Below are positions 42,850 through 56,665 of a stretch of 64,000 nucleotides of DNA, in pieces; positions within the stretch are counted from its first letter, which is position 1; every line of letters begins with the position of its first letter. The notes under the pieces were generated by a model. That model was not told where the DNA came from, ran no database searches, and saw only the letters and a list, made by a program, of their open reading frames with translations. The position numbers and the translations under genes are program-made. The DNA comes from Eledone cirrhosa. Lineage: Eukaryota. Where the stretch lies: contig OZ024743.1 in NCBI GenBank assembly GCA_964016885.1, positions 303,180,001 to 303,244,000 of the forward strand, written 5' to 3'.

Positions 42850-43670
42850 ATGGCGAATTTCTGGATTGGTTTCACAGGTTGAAAGTTCCCGAGAAATATT
42901 GCAGCCTACAGGATTATATAATTCGATTATATATACTTAATTTGATAAAAAAATTATAATTACCAATGTTTTATAACTATAGGATGTAGTATTGCTGGCA
43001 GTAGAAACGAAAATATAGTATATAATATCATTTATAAAGACTTTGGTAAATGATAAATGAATTCTTCCGAAAAAGAAACTGAAGTATTTTATTTTAGCAA
43101 ATCCATAATGACAAACACGTCTCAAAATCGTATCCGAATTTATTTGATATTTCTATCGTAACTTTAAACATTCCATTCAGTATTTTAGGTTTAATTTTTG
43201 CGAAAAGCATCACGAAAAAATACGAATAACAATGCCAAATTATTGCGGCATCTATATTATAGCCTGGCATATATCAGCCAGTTCTTGCTTTACATAACTC
43301 GAGCATATCTTGAAGTGTCTATCCTGTACAGTATGTCAAATTCCATAAGCCCCAGTATTGTTCTATTTCAGTTGCGGTAAGCTAGAAGGAAAATTATCTA
43401 AATTAATATTAGCATATGTTACATGGATTTAGATTTGTGTAAACGTAGTTTCACACTTTCTGTATAGAATGTTGGGATAAATCATAATGACTTGTAATAC
43501 CAGCTTTTGACAGGTATTTTCGGCGATATGCATTGCATACAATCTGAGGTAGTGTGAACTCCATATGTTGACCGTTCTTAAATTCACCATTAGTTCTATC
43601 CTATTCCATAACAGTTTGCTGTTAAATATTTAGACCATTAGAAATAGTGGTGCTCCACTTACTCTTATTA
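42850..43670 (-). pseudogene. Possible highly decayed galactose-3-O-sulfotransferase-like pseudogene fragment
   Basis: Broken minus-strand translation gives, in the expected order, KWSTTISN, HMEFTLP, NIC, MEFDILY, RNNLA, VIMD..FSEEF..NDIIY and IELYN. These loosely resemble Gal3ST motifs; many stops; judged by eye only. Confidence 0.2.
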
Positions 43671-43954
43671 TATATTATGACCTTCCACTAAATAGACCTA
43701 TGTTATAGTGTTAAATAATCATTCACGCAATAATAGAAATATATTGTTGTTATTATGCATCAGTAACTCGACACTACTGCTTCTCCTCGTGATTTTCATC
43801 TCCACCACGGGAAAGAGAGGAGCTAGACTTCATTTGTCAGAGGCTATATGAGGAAGCATATAGTAGTTTCTCATAGCTTAAAAGAGATAAGGGAATATGT
43901 ACGCACACACACACGCACATAAACACACACATACACACACAAACATATATATAT

Positions 43955-44052
<98 letters not shown>

Positions 44053-44157
44053 GAGTTAAGCAGGGTAAGAAAATTGTTCAGTACTTGATACATAGGAAAT
44101 TAGTGTAGGCATTTTAAAATTCATTCCCGAGGGCTGAGAACTTTACTACACATACAT

Positions 44158-44305
44158 ATTGCAGCAAAGAGTTACTGCCCTTTATGGTCTGATTTCAAAT
44201 CCCGCCGAGGTTCACTTTACCTTTCATCCTTAGTGGGTCAATAAAATAAAGTACCAGTAATACACTGGATAATTGCTGGTCTTGTGCCAACAGTAGAAAT
44301 AATTA
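44158..44305 (+). mobile_element. tRNA-derived SINE, 5'-truncated
   Basis: TTCAAATCCCGCCGAGGTTCACTTTACCTTTCATCC...GTACCAG...GCTGGTCTTGTGCCAACAGTAGAAA. Confidence 0.85.
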
Positions 44306-44371
44306 TATAGATATACGTATATATATATAGGCTTGAAACTGGAAGACGTCGGCTCTTCCTCAAGATGAAAA

Positions 44372-44397
44372 TAGTAGTGGTAGTAGTGGTAGTAGTG

Positions 44398-44440
<43 letters not shown>

Positions 44441-44515
44441 CAGTAGCAGCAGCAGCAGCAGCAGCAGCTGAAGAAGAAGAAGAAGAAGAAGAAGAAGAAG
44501 AAGAAGAAGAAGAAG
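44372..44515. repeat. Compound trinucleotide repeat (GTA)n(GCA)n(GAA)n
   Basis: Directly visible. Confidence 0.97.
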
Positions 44516-44901
44516 CCACACACACAAACACGCACACATATTCACACTTCTATATATGCCCAATTATATGTAGAAGCTCGTTTCATAAAAGTGTATTATA
44601 GATATGCTGCTATAGTTATATTTACTGTCAATGGCTTGTAATATAAATTGTTTTTTAATTGTTTGCCATTCTAAATTTTACCGAATCTAGAAATTTATCT
44701 CATTTAGAAATGCTGATATCAATATCAGCTACATACTAAATTATTCCGTACAACATTGCTTTTCATTAATTTTGTTCAGTGACAGCTCACTCGTGCACTA
44801 CTCGACGAATCTACACGGAAATATCAAATTAATTTTGCACTCAGTAGCGCTGTGGCTCGATGCATACAGATACATAAACACTATTACACACGCTTACATA
44901 G

Positions 44902-44967
<66 letters not shown>

Positions 44968-45199
44968 ATACATATATTGATATGAAATTAAAATTACTTA
45001 GCATATAGGAATGTGATCTTTCCAAATATATATTTACTTTCATATTGAAAAAAAAACGAACACAAATTTGGTACGATGATCGCATCTAGCTAGTTTCCTG
45101 ATTTGAAGGTTCGTGTGATATGTTGCTTAGGCTGACACACTTATACTCATTGTATTTCATGTTATGTGCTCTACCACGTTTCCTGGCATTTCCATTTTA

Positions 45200-47300
45200 A
45201 AGCACATCCCTTTTTTAACCTTTCATAATAAATTCGGGCCGATTTGAAGGTTACACTTTCTTCCCATAGAGCTCCCATTAACAAAGTTTGATTGTTGGCA
45301 TCTTGTGCCCATCTCCATCAGACATATTGAAGAGTCCTTGAAGCTCATATTGAAATCATGGGAGGAGATGTGTGTCCCTCAGTTCCCCATAAGCTTGCTT
45401 GGTAAAAAAATAGTGCTCCATTCTCACTACGTATCCCACACATCGCAGGCAGCGTTGCAAGATATACTGACAGCTACTAATTTCAAGCATCTAAACATCA
45501 CTCACATAAATACACCACTGTAGACCCAAGATTCCATGAAGGCATTGTTGTTTAAAACCCTGCTGTTGTTTTAGATGTTTCTGGGTTTCTGTTGATTAAG
45601 CCACATCTCACAAGCGTACAGTAGTGATAACAATACACAGGTTACATAGATATTCACTTCACTATAAATAAAATTACCTCACTGAGACCATAGTCACTCT
45701 TTCAACTTTTCGAAGTCATCATTAACTTGGCTGATTCTTGATGATATTTCAATTTCAAGAGTGCCCGGTACACCTATGTTACTGGCAAGATACAGATGCC
45801 TACCCACCGCACGGACTTTCTGATCAGAGACACTTGTGTATTGTTCTACGTATAGATATTTATGGTGCCTGCAGGTACATGGCCACATATTCGTTCAACC
45901 TGGTTGTTAAACCAATCGCAGAAATGTCACTTCTGGAAGAGTTCTTTTGATACTACATATTTTCCTGTAACTGGGCAAAAAGATCCCAGTTATCTATGTA
46001 TAGACATTCTCTCAACAATCAGTACACGACCTTCGTATTCGCACCAAAACGTATTTTGTTGAAAAGCGTGTTGGATGTACGAAAGCCGATGTACATTCCA
46101 TGTCGTTAGTCTTTAAATATCATTAGAATATCATTACAAAGAACGGTGATAACAGTTGATATATCAACATATTTGATGCAATAGGTTCTGACACACTTCC
46201 ATTAATATTCCTCCATGTTTTTTATGTCATCCTGAAATTGATGCTGTATTGACAACATTTATTTTTCGGGCAGCCAAACTGCCGACGTATTTTCCTAAGA
46301 GCTTCTCTGTTAATTGCGTCAAGTGCTTTTGTCAGATCAACGAACAACCTGCTGAAACTGTATAGCCAAAAAAGATCGTGTCCACTGTGTTTCTGTGCCA
46401 ACTAAATCCACATTAGGATGCTGTGTGAACATTGTCAGTAGTGTTTAGCATAATTGCGGCATCCATAACACTGCAAAGAATCTTCCCAGCATTATGCCTG
46501 TATAGTTGCTAAGCATCACACTAGACCTGTGATATTATCTATTCTGGCCTAGCTTTCTGTAACGGAGCCAAAGCAAAGCATTAAGTTTTCACACCCTTAT
46601 TTAGAAAAGTCTTGAAACCTGCTGCCTATACAGTAAAAACCGCCATTGCTGCTCTTCTGAACAGCGACTTCAATTTCATTTATTCTAAAAACCCCTGCAT
46701 GGCATTCACTCAGGAAACTTCACATCCATCTCATAAGTAGTCATACGTGTGAGATATGAGATAATCTATTATATGCCACTATTTGGAACCAGTATGCACC
46801 CAATTGATCTTATACTAACGTGTCATTTGAAACAATATTTCAAATACATAAATCAAGTTCGGCGTACTTTTGAAGCAGCCACATACCATTGCTGTTGTAT
46901 CTACCAAATCTATGCATGCCTTCACCACCAAGGAAAATGGATGTGTGAACACGAGGAACCTTTCGAATAACTTCTTTCACAGGCTTGTAAAAGGAAAGCT
47001 GGTCTTCGTCGGATTCACATAAACAAAATGCCTTACTCACGCAACAAACGCAAAAGTCGTTTAGATCAAGTGATTCTTGTGCTTGAAGCTATTTTAAGTG
47101 AAGAAAGGCTTTGTACTTGAACAACCCCACATCCTGATCAATGATGAAAATAATTCCAAACAATGAACATGTTAAAATCATTGACTGCCATCGAGTCGTA
47201 GGTTTTAGTTCAGGGTTTTCTTCTACTAGATTGATGTCCTCACAGAAACTAGGGATTTCTCACTGCCGGTGTGTTAAACTTACGCTCGGGCACCAAAACA
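45200..47300 (-). mobile_element. Decayed RTE-clade LINE (APE plus RT remnants)
   Basis: Minus translation gives FGRYNSNGMWLL..AELDLCI (APE), CGF..TVDTIF, FVDLTKALDAINREAL..FGCP, EISSRISQ..FEKL, LLYACEMW and YGEL. Many stops and deletions. Confidence 0.82.
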
Positions 47301-47449
47301 AGTATTACCATATTCCCGTGCAAACATATATACACATATGCATATATACATTAATATGTACATACATACACACATACATGATGATGATTGCCCTCTTGTT
47401 ATGGAATATGGCTATTGCACGATAAAGAAAATAAAAATACAGACACGCG

Positions 47450-47525
<76 letters not shown>

Positions 47526-47899
47526 ACATACATATATATTTATATTAATAATTAAAGGGTGCTGCGATCGAATATGAATTTTTAGCCCAGCCAATAATCT
47601 AAAATGTCTTGCACTGAGTTAGCAACCATGATGAAAATATTCACTTGTAACAGCCGGCTGTGGTCGTCATGTTCTTTTGCATGTCGCTTAAGCCCACCTG
47701 CTTATCTACACGCTTTTTCACATACATACATACATTCGAATTCGTAACGATATCCGACTAAATACATAATTCGTTTTACAAGGATTTGCTACAAACAGCG
47801 TGGCTGAACACAACGTCAACAGCAACAACATCAGTGGAGTACCGAAAAAAAACGAGAAAGGTAAACACAATTCATACAGTTGTAGCTACAGAAGAAATA

Positions 47900-50800
47900 T
47901 AAATTATAAATCGCATTTCTCTTGGAGTTTCGAAATTTATTTAATTGATATAAAATGGCAAAAGTCAATCCCTACTTTGGCTATATGAAAATAATGAAGC
48001 TACACTGGGACGAAATACACCCAGAGCTAAATCACTTCACAGCGAAACAATTACGCAAACAAGCGACGTTTGTTGAACGTAAAAATAAGATAAATATTAT
48101 TAATTGAGGTCCCCCACGACAAACATGGAATCAACAACACGTGGTACAGGGCGCCATGCTAATAGACTTCCTAGCAGCCAGGTCGAACAGTGCCTTGAAA
48201 CAATATGCCTGTAAGAAGTTTGAGACCACGTGTACCATCTAAGTCTACCTCGAATGCTGGGGAAAACACTATCGATAATAATAATAATCGAAGAAATAAT
48301 AATAATAATAATCGAAGAAATTTGACACTACGTGTACCATCCGAGTCTACCTCGACTATTGTGGAAAATACTATCGACAATGATAATAATCAAAAGTATA
48401 AACAATTGAAAATTTCCCTCAACGAAATCTTCCAGAGAGAAATTGATTCAAGTATAAACATTTCTCTAGCTGAACGTTTTAAAACAATAATATTTAATAA
48501 CAAATCAAATAATGAAATATGTGTTATTGACGAAATAGGGGATGAATATTTACGACGGATTAAACCCCCAACATTTTGGCAAATCAACGCCTCTTTATAT
48601 GCTTTAGCAACGCCAGTGAAGCATTATCTTGGTGATAGCAGAGATATTAACAATAACATAACACCACCAAAAATACTATCATATATAACTAAAATAGAAA
48701 AAAAGATTGCTAACATACGAAAAACCATAGGATATGTGACAATGCTCCTTACATGCAAACAAACATAAAAACATATTCACTTCTCACCAACAAAGAGTGG
48801 AAAATAAAATAGAGACGATGTTTGGTAACAGTAGAACCAGAACTCTTCAATATAAGCTGAAACAAGAATTGAGAGCTGTTAGCGAAAAACGCTGATACCT
48901 GAAGAAGGTAAATGAAAGAAAAGTGCTTAATAAAAGATTCATACGAAACCAAACATCAGTCTATAGAGATATGAAGGGCAAAATAATAAGTGCCATAGAG
49001 GCCCCATTCCAGAAAGACAGATTCCTTTTGGAGAAAAATATGAGGTGAAAAGAAGAATTTCAACCAATATGCAGTGTGGGTAAAAGAAATCCAAAAGAAC
49101 TATTGCTCCTACATTACAACAAAAACATACGAAATAAGTGAGGGTTCCCTTGAGACTGTGATAGGAAAATTCAAAGATAAGAAAACACCAGGAAGAGACA
49201 TGATTGTCGGCTACTGGTACAACACACTGATATTCTATCGAATATATCTTACCGACCTCTACCAACAAGTTCTTAAAGGAGATACATTTATACCAGAATA
49301 GTTGACATTAGCACAAACATTACTGGACACCAAGAACAAAGACACCCACCTGGCAAAAACTACCTAACCCATTGCATATCAGAACCTGATGTATAAGATG
49401 TATACAGCCTGCTTGAACCTATTCCTCCAAGATCACTGTGAAAATAATAACATCATCACAGATGAACAAGCAGCTGGAAAGAAAGGGATTTGCGGATGCG
49501 CTGAACAACTCCTAATCAACAAAACTGCGATGTCGGAGGTGTGACAACTTAGGAGGAATATGGCTACAGTCTGGCTGGTCTACAGGAAAGCTTTCGATTA
49601 TGTTCCCCACTCTTGGATGATAGACGCCTACCGATTACTAAAGTCCCAGACATTATTATCAGAGCCACAGAGAAGCTGTCTTCTTCTTGGGCCTAAAGTT
49701 AAAGGCAGAGAAGAAAGACAATTTTCACTGATAAAATAAAATAAATTTAAGGGGTGTATTTCAGGGAGACAGTCTCTCTGTGATGTTATTCATCCTGTCA
49801 TTAAACCCCTTGTCCTTTCTGTACAAGAAATGTGAAGGATACATCATTGGCTCACAGGAGGACAGAATTACGAACTTAATACATCATTTCTTTGTGGATG
49901 ATCTGAAACTCTATGCCAAGAACATGGATGGGATGAATAAAAATCTTGACCTGGTTACAATATTCTCAAATAATATATGAATGGATGTTGGCTAAGATAA
50001 ATGCTCAAATATGACTTGTAAAGCGGGGAAAAACAACAATCCAATCTAGCAACATTTGTATCAATGTCCTAACTGTTTCAACAATATCCGATGAGGACTG
50101 TTACAGATACCTGGTGATAGATGAAAATATATCCTATAATGGTATCTGTAAAAAGGAACGCGTAACCAGGGAATACTACACCCGATTAAGAAAGATATGG
50201 TCATCGGAACTCTCTGCGCAAAACAAAACAGTAGCTCTCACAATGTGTCTGCTGTGCCTGTCCTAACACCAACTTTTGGAATACTCAATTGGACGATAGA
50301 CGAAATCCGGGCGTTTGATGTTAGAACTCGAAAAACACTAAACAACACCGGAAACTTCCACATAAACTGTGACATATACCGCTTTACTTGAAACGTAAGC
50401 AGGGAGGCAGAGGCCTAACATCAGTCCAGACATCATTTGAATGTCGCATCATATCCCTCCGACAACATCTACGAACCTCAAAGCGTAGGAGCCCGTCTCT
50501 CGGGCAAGTATATCTGCATGAAACAGATAAGATCATGAGAGTTGGGAAGGAACTCCTCGATAGGTATTTGCTGTGTGATAATCTAAAACTCACACCCAGC
50601 TACACAAAGCTACAGCAATGTGGAAGACATACATATACATATGAAAGAGTACTGGTGGAATATTCTAGTAAAAACCCCAATAAAATGCAGGCAAAACAGA
50701 CCAGATATTACGATATGGGACAGGGCAAAGAAGGCATGCACAGTAGTGGAAGTTAGCTGTCCAGCAGATGCCAATAGAATATCAAAGATTAGCGAAAAGG

Positions 50801-50960
50801 AGAATAGGTATGCAGAACTGATGAGAAATATGCAGATACTCCACCCTGAATATGCCTTCAGATTCATGCCTGTGATTATTGGGGCACTGCGATATGTTAG
50901 TACTGCCCCAATACAAATCTTGAGAAGCTGGGCTTCACGGGAACAGAGAAGAAGACAACT
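47900..50960 (+). mobile_element. Decayed R4/Dong-like non-LTR retrotransposon (RT plus restriction-like endonuclease)
   Basis: KTPGRDMIVGYW, EQLLINK, YRKAFDYVPHSW, GVFQGDSLS..LF, FVDDLKLY, GGRGL, and the RLE NRPDITIWD..VEVSCP..EKENRY..PVIIGAL. Stops and an internal deletion near 50610. Confidence 0.85.
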
Positions 50961-51104
50961 AGTATATATTTAAATATTGTTGATTTCAATAACCTCTGTA
51001 ATTTATTTACATGCGCATATAACTTTGATAAATTAGGACAATGGGGTTGATGAGTTAATATCTGTATACAACAACTACAACTCTTTCGGCCTCCACCCAC
51101 GTTT

Positions 51105-51625
51105 ATCTCTCCACAGTGCCGGCCGCATTCCACGCCATGCTACCCTCAACGAGGTCATTAAGCATGGCTTGGACGCTGCAGGCTTCCCTTCACAGCTCGA
51201 GCCGGTGGGGCTGGATCGATGGGACGGCAAAAAGGCCAGATGGCATGACCATCTTCCCGTTCGGCGATGGCAAACCCATCGTCTTGGATGCCACTTGCAC
51301 CCAAACCTTCTGCAGCCGCAACCTGGTGCTGTCTGCACCTGACCCATGTTCTGCTGCACGTCGGGCTGTGGGGGCCAAACTCCTCAAATAACGGTTGCTC
51401 TCCGACAGGTTTGCGGTCGTACCCCTGGCAGTGGAGACTTCTGGTGTCGTCGGGCCCAGCGCTACGTCCTTAATCGCCACCATAGGGGCTGAGCTGGCCA
51501 GCCGCACGTGCGATCCCCGCTAGTTGGAGTGGCTTTTCCAGTGCGTCTCCCTTGCCGTACTCCGGGGAAACGCCTTCTTCATTCTGTCCGCCGGGGCTGT
51601 GTGTGGGCCCCATGACGTACCGCTG
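51105..51625 (+). mobile_element. 3' fragment of a CRE-like non-LTR retrotransposon (RLE domain)
   Basis: RHATLNEVI..LEPVGL..KRPDGMTIFPFGDGKPIVLDATC..PLAVETSG..LFQCVSLAVLRGNA. GC-rich island in AT-rich DNA. Confidence 0.8.
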
Positions 51626-52612
51626 TAGTTGTTGTATACAGATATTAACATAACTAGTTAGGAAGTTACAAGTACAATCCAGTAAATATATGTAAAACAT
51701 TCCAAAAATGTTGCATCTAATAACTGCATATACACATGTACAGATACAAAGCATATACACATGCACATATACAACTCAAAACATCCACATCCACACATAC
51801 AATAACATCCATATCTACACATGCATGCATACATACATAATCTACCTAGTTGATGTGTAAATTCCAATGAGAGAGTATTGTATCTATGTTAGAAACCGAC
51901 TCTCTCTCTATTGGTAAAAATGTGTGAAATTATAAAACCAGAAGAACATACATACATACATACATGCGACGTACATACATATCATTTATGTTTCCCACTC
52001 ATTTCATCTGCTGCAGGTCTCTTAATTTTTGATGAGAAACTGTCTGCATAATCACTAGTTGGAAATTTATCCAATTACTGAAAACAGACTCACATTAAAT
52101 GAAAAATTTAGGTAGAATACAATCCGTTCTAATTATACCATGGATTGTGTAACTTACGCAACAATTCGGACATTCTAGCATCCTACACATTTCCTAGTCT
52201 CTTACATTTATCAGCACTACTCATAACTATATTTTCACACATCTATTAAATATTTTCAATAAAAAATATCGTTTCTGGTTAATTATGGCTTCCAGCGATT
52301 TTATCTCCAGTGGTTCAGTGTCTAGAATATTTTTTAGTTGTAAAGCTTCAGGTGCTTTTAAGCCAGCATCAATTATATTCATTCATAGTTCACATACACT
52401 GTATCTAATGAAGAAAAGGTTATAATCGCAAATTATAATCGTGACATGGGCGACAATTTCTTATAAGGTACAGTGGAGCTGAATAAGTCAAATATATAGG
52501 TATATATTTTTAAATCCAACTAAATTATCAATTCTCTCACATGATTTATGATTAGTTAAGTTACTTCGTCATTGCTTGCCTTGTGCCTGTAGGAGAAAAT
52601 ATTATTATTATG

Positions 52613-52770
52613 TGGCAGCATCGGTAGAGCTTCAGACACCAAGCTTTGCACATAGAGTTATGGCCTTTTGTGTTCTGAGTTCAAATCCGCTGAGTTTAAC
52701 TTTGCCATTCATCCATACGGAGTCGTAATGCACTGGGTATTCGCTGGCCTTGTGCCAAAGGTAAAAACAT
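52613..52770 (+). mobile_element. tRNA-derived SINE
   Basis: TGGCAGCATCGGTAG...CTGAGTTCAAATCCG...TTTGCCATTCATCC...GCTGGCCTTGTGCCAAA. Confidence 0.82.
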
Positions 52771-52819
52771 TATTATTATTATGGCTATGGTTATTATATG
52801 GCCCACTATCGGGTGCTCG

Positions 52820-55800
52820 AGTCAGTTTGTTATTTCTAGGGTTTTAAATACGTGTTTTATTAATATTTTTGTTTCAAAAGGAGCATAAGACTTTAGTCTT
52901 TGGCCAAAAAAAAGGTCTCCCTTTTGGCCTAAATATTTAAACTTTGTTTGTTTTTAAAAAGTTAATATCGAAAAAAAAAACATGGCAGAGCCGTGCCCTC
53001 CAACTTTGAGTTTGCTGTCCTGCGACAGCGAGTCAAACGTTGAGACTATTAACGCTGTCCCTCCCGCAGCAATTTTAAAATGTAACAAGACATTCAAGCA
53101 ATATCGCCAACACAAGCACCAGCAACAACAACAACACACCAAAAACAATTAGAAAACTAATATGAACAAAAATGACAACACCAACAACAGCTGCAACAGC
53201 GATATTGCCAAGAAAAGTAAAAACACAGCCGTGAGTAAGAACGACAATATCACCAGCCACAACTGCAATAATGATAACAACACCAACAACAGCAATAGCG
53301 AAAACAAAGGCAACTATTTCGACAACAGTGACAACCACAACAACAGCAACAATAACAACAAAATCAGCAGTATCGACACAACCACACGTCAGATAGGAGC
53401 CGCCCAAGTCACATCACTAAGGCTTCCAAAAATATTGAACGAGAACGCATCAGTGACAAGATGAGGCAGGCCAGAATGTTGGTAAAAAAAGCAGAGACAT
53501 CATCATAGACGTCATGAAAAACCGATGTCTATGTACGGTCTTCTACCGTACACTTGGACACAAATCACGCCGGGTGTAACGGGTGACGTCACAGGTCCAA
53601 AGGACTATGCGTGCTGTCTGGGCACAGGAAACCTATATAGCCCGAGAATCGAAGTATGGCACAGATGACGTTCTTTTTGCTACACCCGAAGAAACCAGAG
53701 CACACACTATTACGCCACACTGCAGTGACGAAATAGTGATCGTGCCCACATACTGGAGAGACGTGAGGGTAACAGTGACCCTGGATACGCCCTTAGTGGA
53801 GATTGCTTGGCTGATAGCGGCCATATTCGCTGACGGCGAGGAGTCAAAAACAATTCTAGATGTCATGCGTATAAGACAGGAAAACTTGTTGCTCGGAGAT
53901 GGAGCTAATCATCCAATCAAACCATGAATGAATAGAAGCCATCCCTGATGTGATCAACCTGGACGACGGCAGCCGTCTACCCGTGACAGTCGACGGTAGG
54001 CGCCTGCGGCGTCACGAGTGCGAATACAAAACACTCCTTAAGGCATTCTGGCCCAAAATCACCAATGTGGAAAGGCGCTCCCACTTTTTCCTACGCCATG
54101 CCACACGACTGGAGTAGCCAAACCACGCGAGGCCCCAGTGGCAGAATAACTACCAGCACTAGCGACACCAACGACAAAAACACCATCTCCTCCACCAACA
54201 GCTCCAACAAAACCAATGGAGAGCATGCCCCTTTCCCGATATCGCTGAATCGGACAGGGAGTGAGATAAGGCTGAAGGGTGAAAAACCATCTCAGCGAAA
54301 AAAAAAAAAAGAATGAATTCCCAATCTTTGCCCTCCCCAGAAAGAGGAGGAAAAAACCCAAAAAATGAAATTGTAAACGATCGAACTGCTTTCACCATCA
54401 ACAGCCACACACACCCCTCATCACCTACGTCACCACCACCGCCATCATTATCATCCACTTCATCGTCATCTTTAACAACACCAAAGAAAGCACAGAAAGC
54501 GCCGACATCCTAAAAGCACAGATAACACACAACTATCGACACAAAAAAACACAAAGCTTTTAAATTACATTCAGCTTCACATCAACATCACAGAAACAAA
54601 TAACATACAAACCACCAAAATTGGACCTCCCACACACATAAAAATGTTTGAAATCTCTCAGTAGAATTACACAACATTAAAGAAAAGGTTCCCCGCCTCA
54701 ATTGGAGACTATCAAAGGAACCTCACCAAAATAATTTATTCTGACGTTCTCGCGGAGAAATCCACCATTGGTCGGGGGGATGTATCACTTTCCTGAAAAA
54801 AAGCCGAAGGCTATATTTTACTATTCCCCTCTCATTTGTTTTTCTCCTATCTTAGCCAGCATGGCTTCTCTCAGGATAGGCAGTATAAATGCACGTGGAC
54901 CTCTACGAAACAGGGCCACCTGCTTAACGAACTCAGGTCACTAAACATAAGATGTGGTGACCATCAACGTGACCAGAATCTCCGAGGCACGGGTATTTGC
55001 ACACATTTTCGGTGGCTACGAGGTTTACACATCTCGAAGTCATCTCGGATATGCGGGGGGTGGTGTGGCTGTGTTGTTCTGGAGAAGTATCGATCTCGAA
55101 ATACGGGTCATATCCTTGGACCCAAAAGGTAAGTTGCTGGTGCTAGACCAGCAGAGAAGGGCAAGCTTTCATTCTAGCGGCCGTTTATGCTCCGGCAGAG
55201 GCATGAAGGCCTGACTTCTTTCGACACCTGGAGACCTTTCTTTGAACGTAGTGACTGGAACAGGATCTTGGATGGATGTTGTGACTGTGTATGAGTAGCG
55301 GATAGGGGAGGAGGGTGCAAAAATCCTGGCAAACCTGCTCAGACGTTTTCAAATGTGTGACAGGTACCGTCACGTGGACATGGAGAGGCAGGTCCATGAA
55401 GTGTTGGGCACTGGACGGCTGGACCGGATAAATTGCTAGGGTCTGGTTCGGTACGGACCTCCAGATGGACAAAGACTGGGACGTAATAATGAGCAGCATG
55501 GCTTCTCTCATCCCGGAATTGGCCGAGCGGAAGCTATCCCTGAAAGATTAAGCGGAGGTCACGAACGTGTACATCGCATCCGATAAATACTACGGCCTGA
55601 GCGTCATGCCTTTTCCTAAGCCTCACCTGACTAAGATGGAGCCTTTGCTCTCTCGCTTTTTGTGGAATGTACACGCTCCGTTGGCCAGGGGTTCCATCTG
55701 CTCTCAACACCCGCTACGTGGAGGGCTGGGCAAGCCGTGGCTGACGCTGCGCTGACATGCGCTCAGGCAACGGTTTCTTCATTTCTTCATCGCCGATGAA

Positions 55801-56520
55801 CTGGGGTGGTCACTAGTTGCTAGACACGTTTTCTCCCAGCTCGTCTCCTTCACAGAGCCTCATTCCTGCGTCAAGCGAAGACCGAGATGAAGCGCTTTGA
55901 GACTGGAATGTTTTCAGGCGCTGGCAGCCATCGACCTGTAGGGCGATGTGTCCGTTGGAAACTCCACTATAGAGGGTCTAGGACCTATGGTTATCTTCCA
56001 CAACTCCCTAGCCTGGCAGTGTTACCTGGTTGCGTTGCCAGTTCGAGATGAACTTTACAGCCATGGAAGTATCGTCAGCCAGTATTGCTGACTTGTGGAT
56101 TTAGGTCGAACATCTGCTGTAGGACGGATCTGGCTATCAGCTGAGTCCATCGTGAAGATTGCCCCGCTGCTCTACATTAACCAGGAGTGATAGGCAATTT
56201 GTATCTGCCTGGTGGCCATGGTAAAAGACGTCCTATGGTGGACGCCTCTGAAAGGGTTGAAGATGGCCACGTTCATCTTAAGTGACGCTATCATTATCAT
56301 TTTCAGGTTTCGCTAGAAAAAGTGGGCTTTCTTCACGAGAGAACCTAAGAAGTCTCCGCCTCCCCTATTGCGGAATTTTTCCTTGTTTTATTTTCTGTTA
56401 CATATTTGTTTTTTGTTGTTGTTTTTTATACGCAGCACAGACATGCCCATTTGTACTGTCCTGTACGGTTCTGTGATGTCCTTAATGTTATACTTTATGT
56501 CAACGCTTATGGTTATAAAG
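52820..56520 (+). mobile_element. Decayed L1/Tx1-like LINE (ORF1 remnant, APE, post-RT region; RT core deleted)
   Basis: ORF1-like IPDVINL..LPVTVDGRR; ORF2 MASLRIGSINARG, GGGVAVLF, GKLLVLD, AVYAP (APE); then GVWF-like, KLSLK..YIAS, RFLW..RGGLG. Boundaries approximate. Confidence 0.78.
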
Positions 56521-56534
56521 AAAACATTAGTGGT

Positions 56535-56665
56535 TTGGCAGTATCGATGATCTCAGTTAAAATCCCTAGAGGCTAACTTTGCCTTTCATCCTTAAGGGTC
56601 GATAAAAAAGGTACCAGTCACGCACTGAGGTCGATTTAATCAACTTTACCCTCCCCCCAAATAAA
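56535..56665 (+). mobile_element. tRNA-derived SINE, internally deleted
   Basis: CTTTGCCTTTCATCCTTAAGGGTCGATAAAAAGGTACCAG..CACTGAGGTCGATTTAATC core. Confidence 0.78.
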
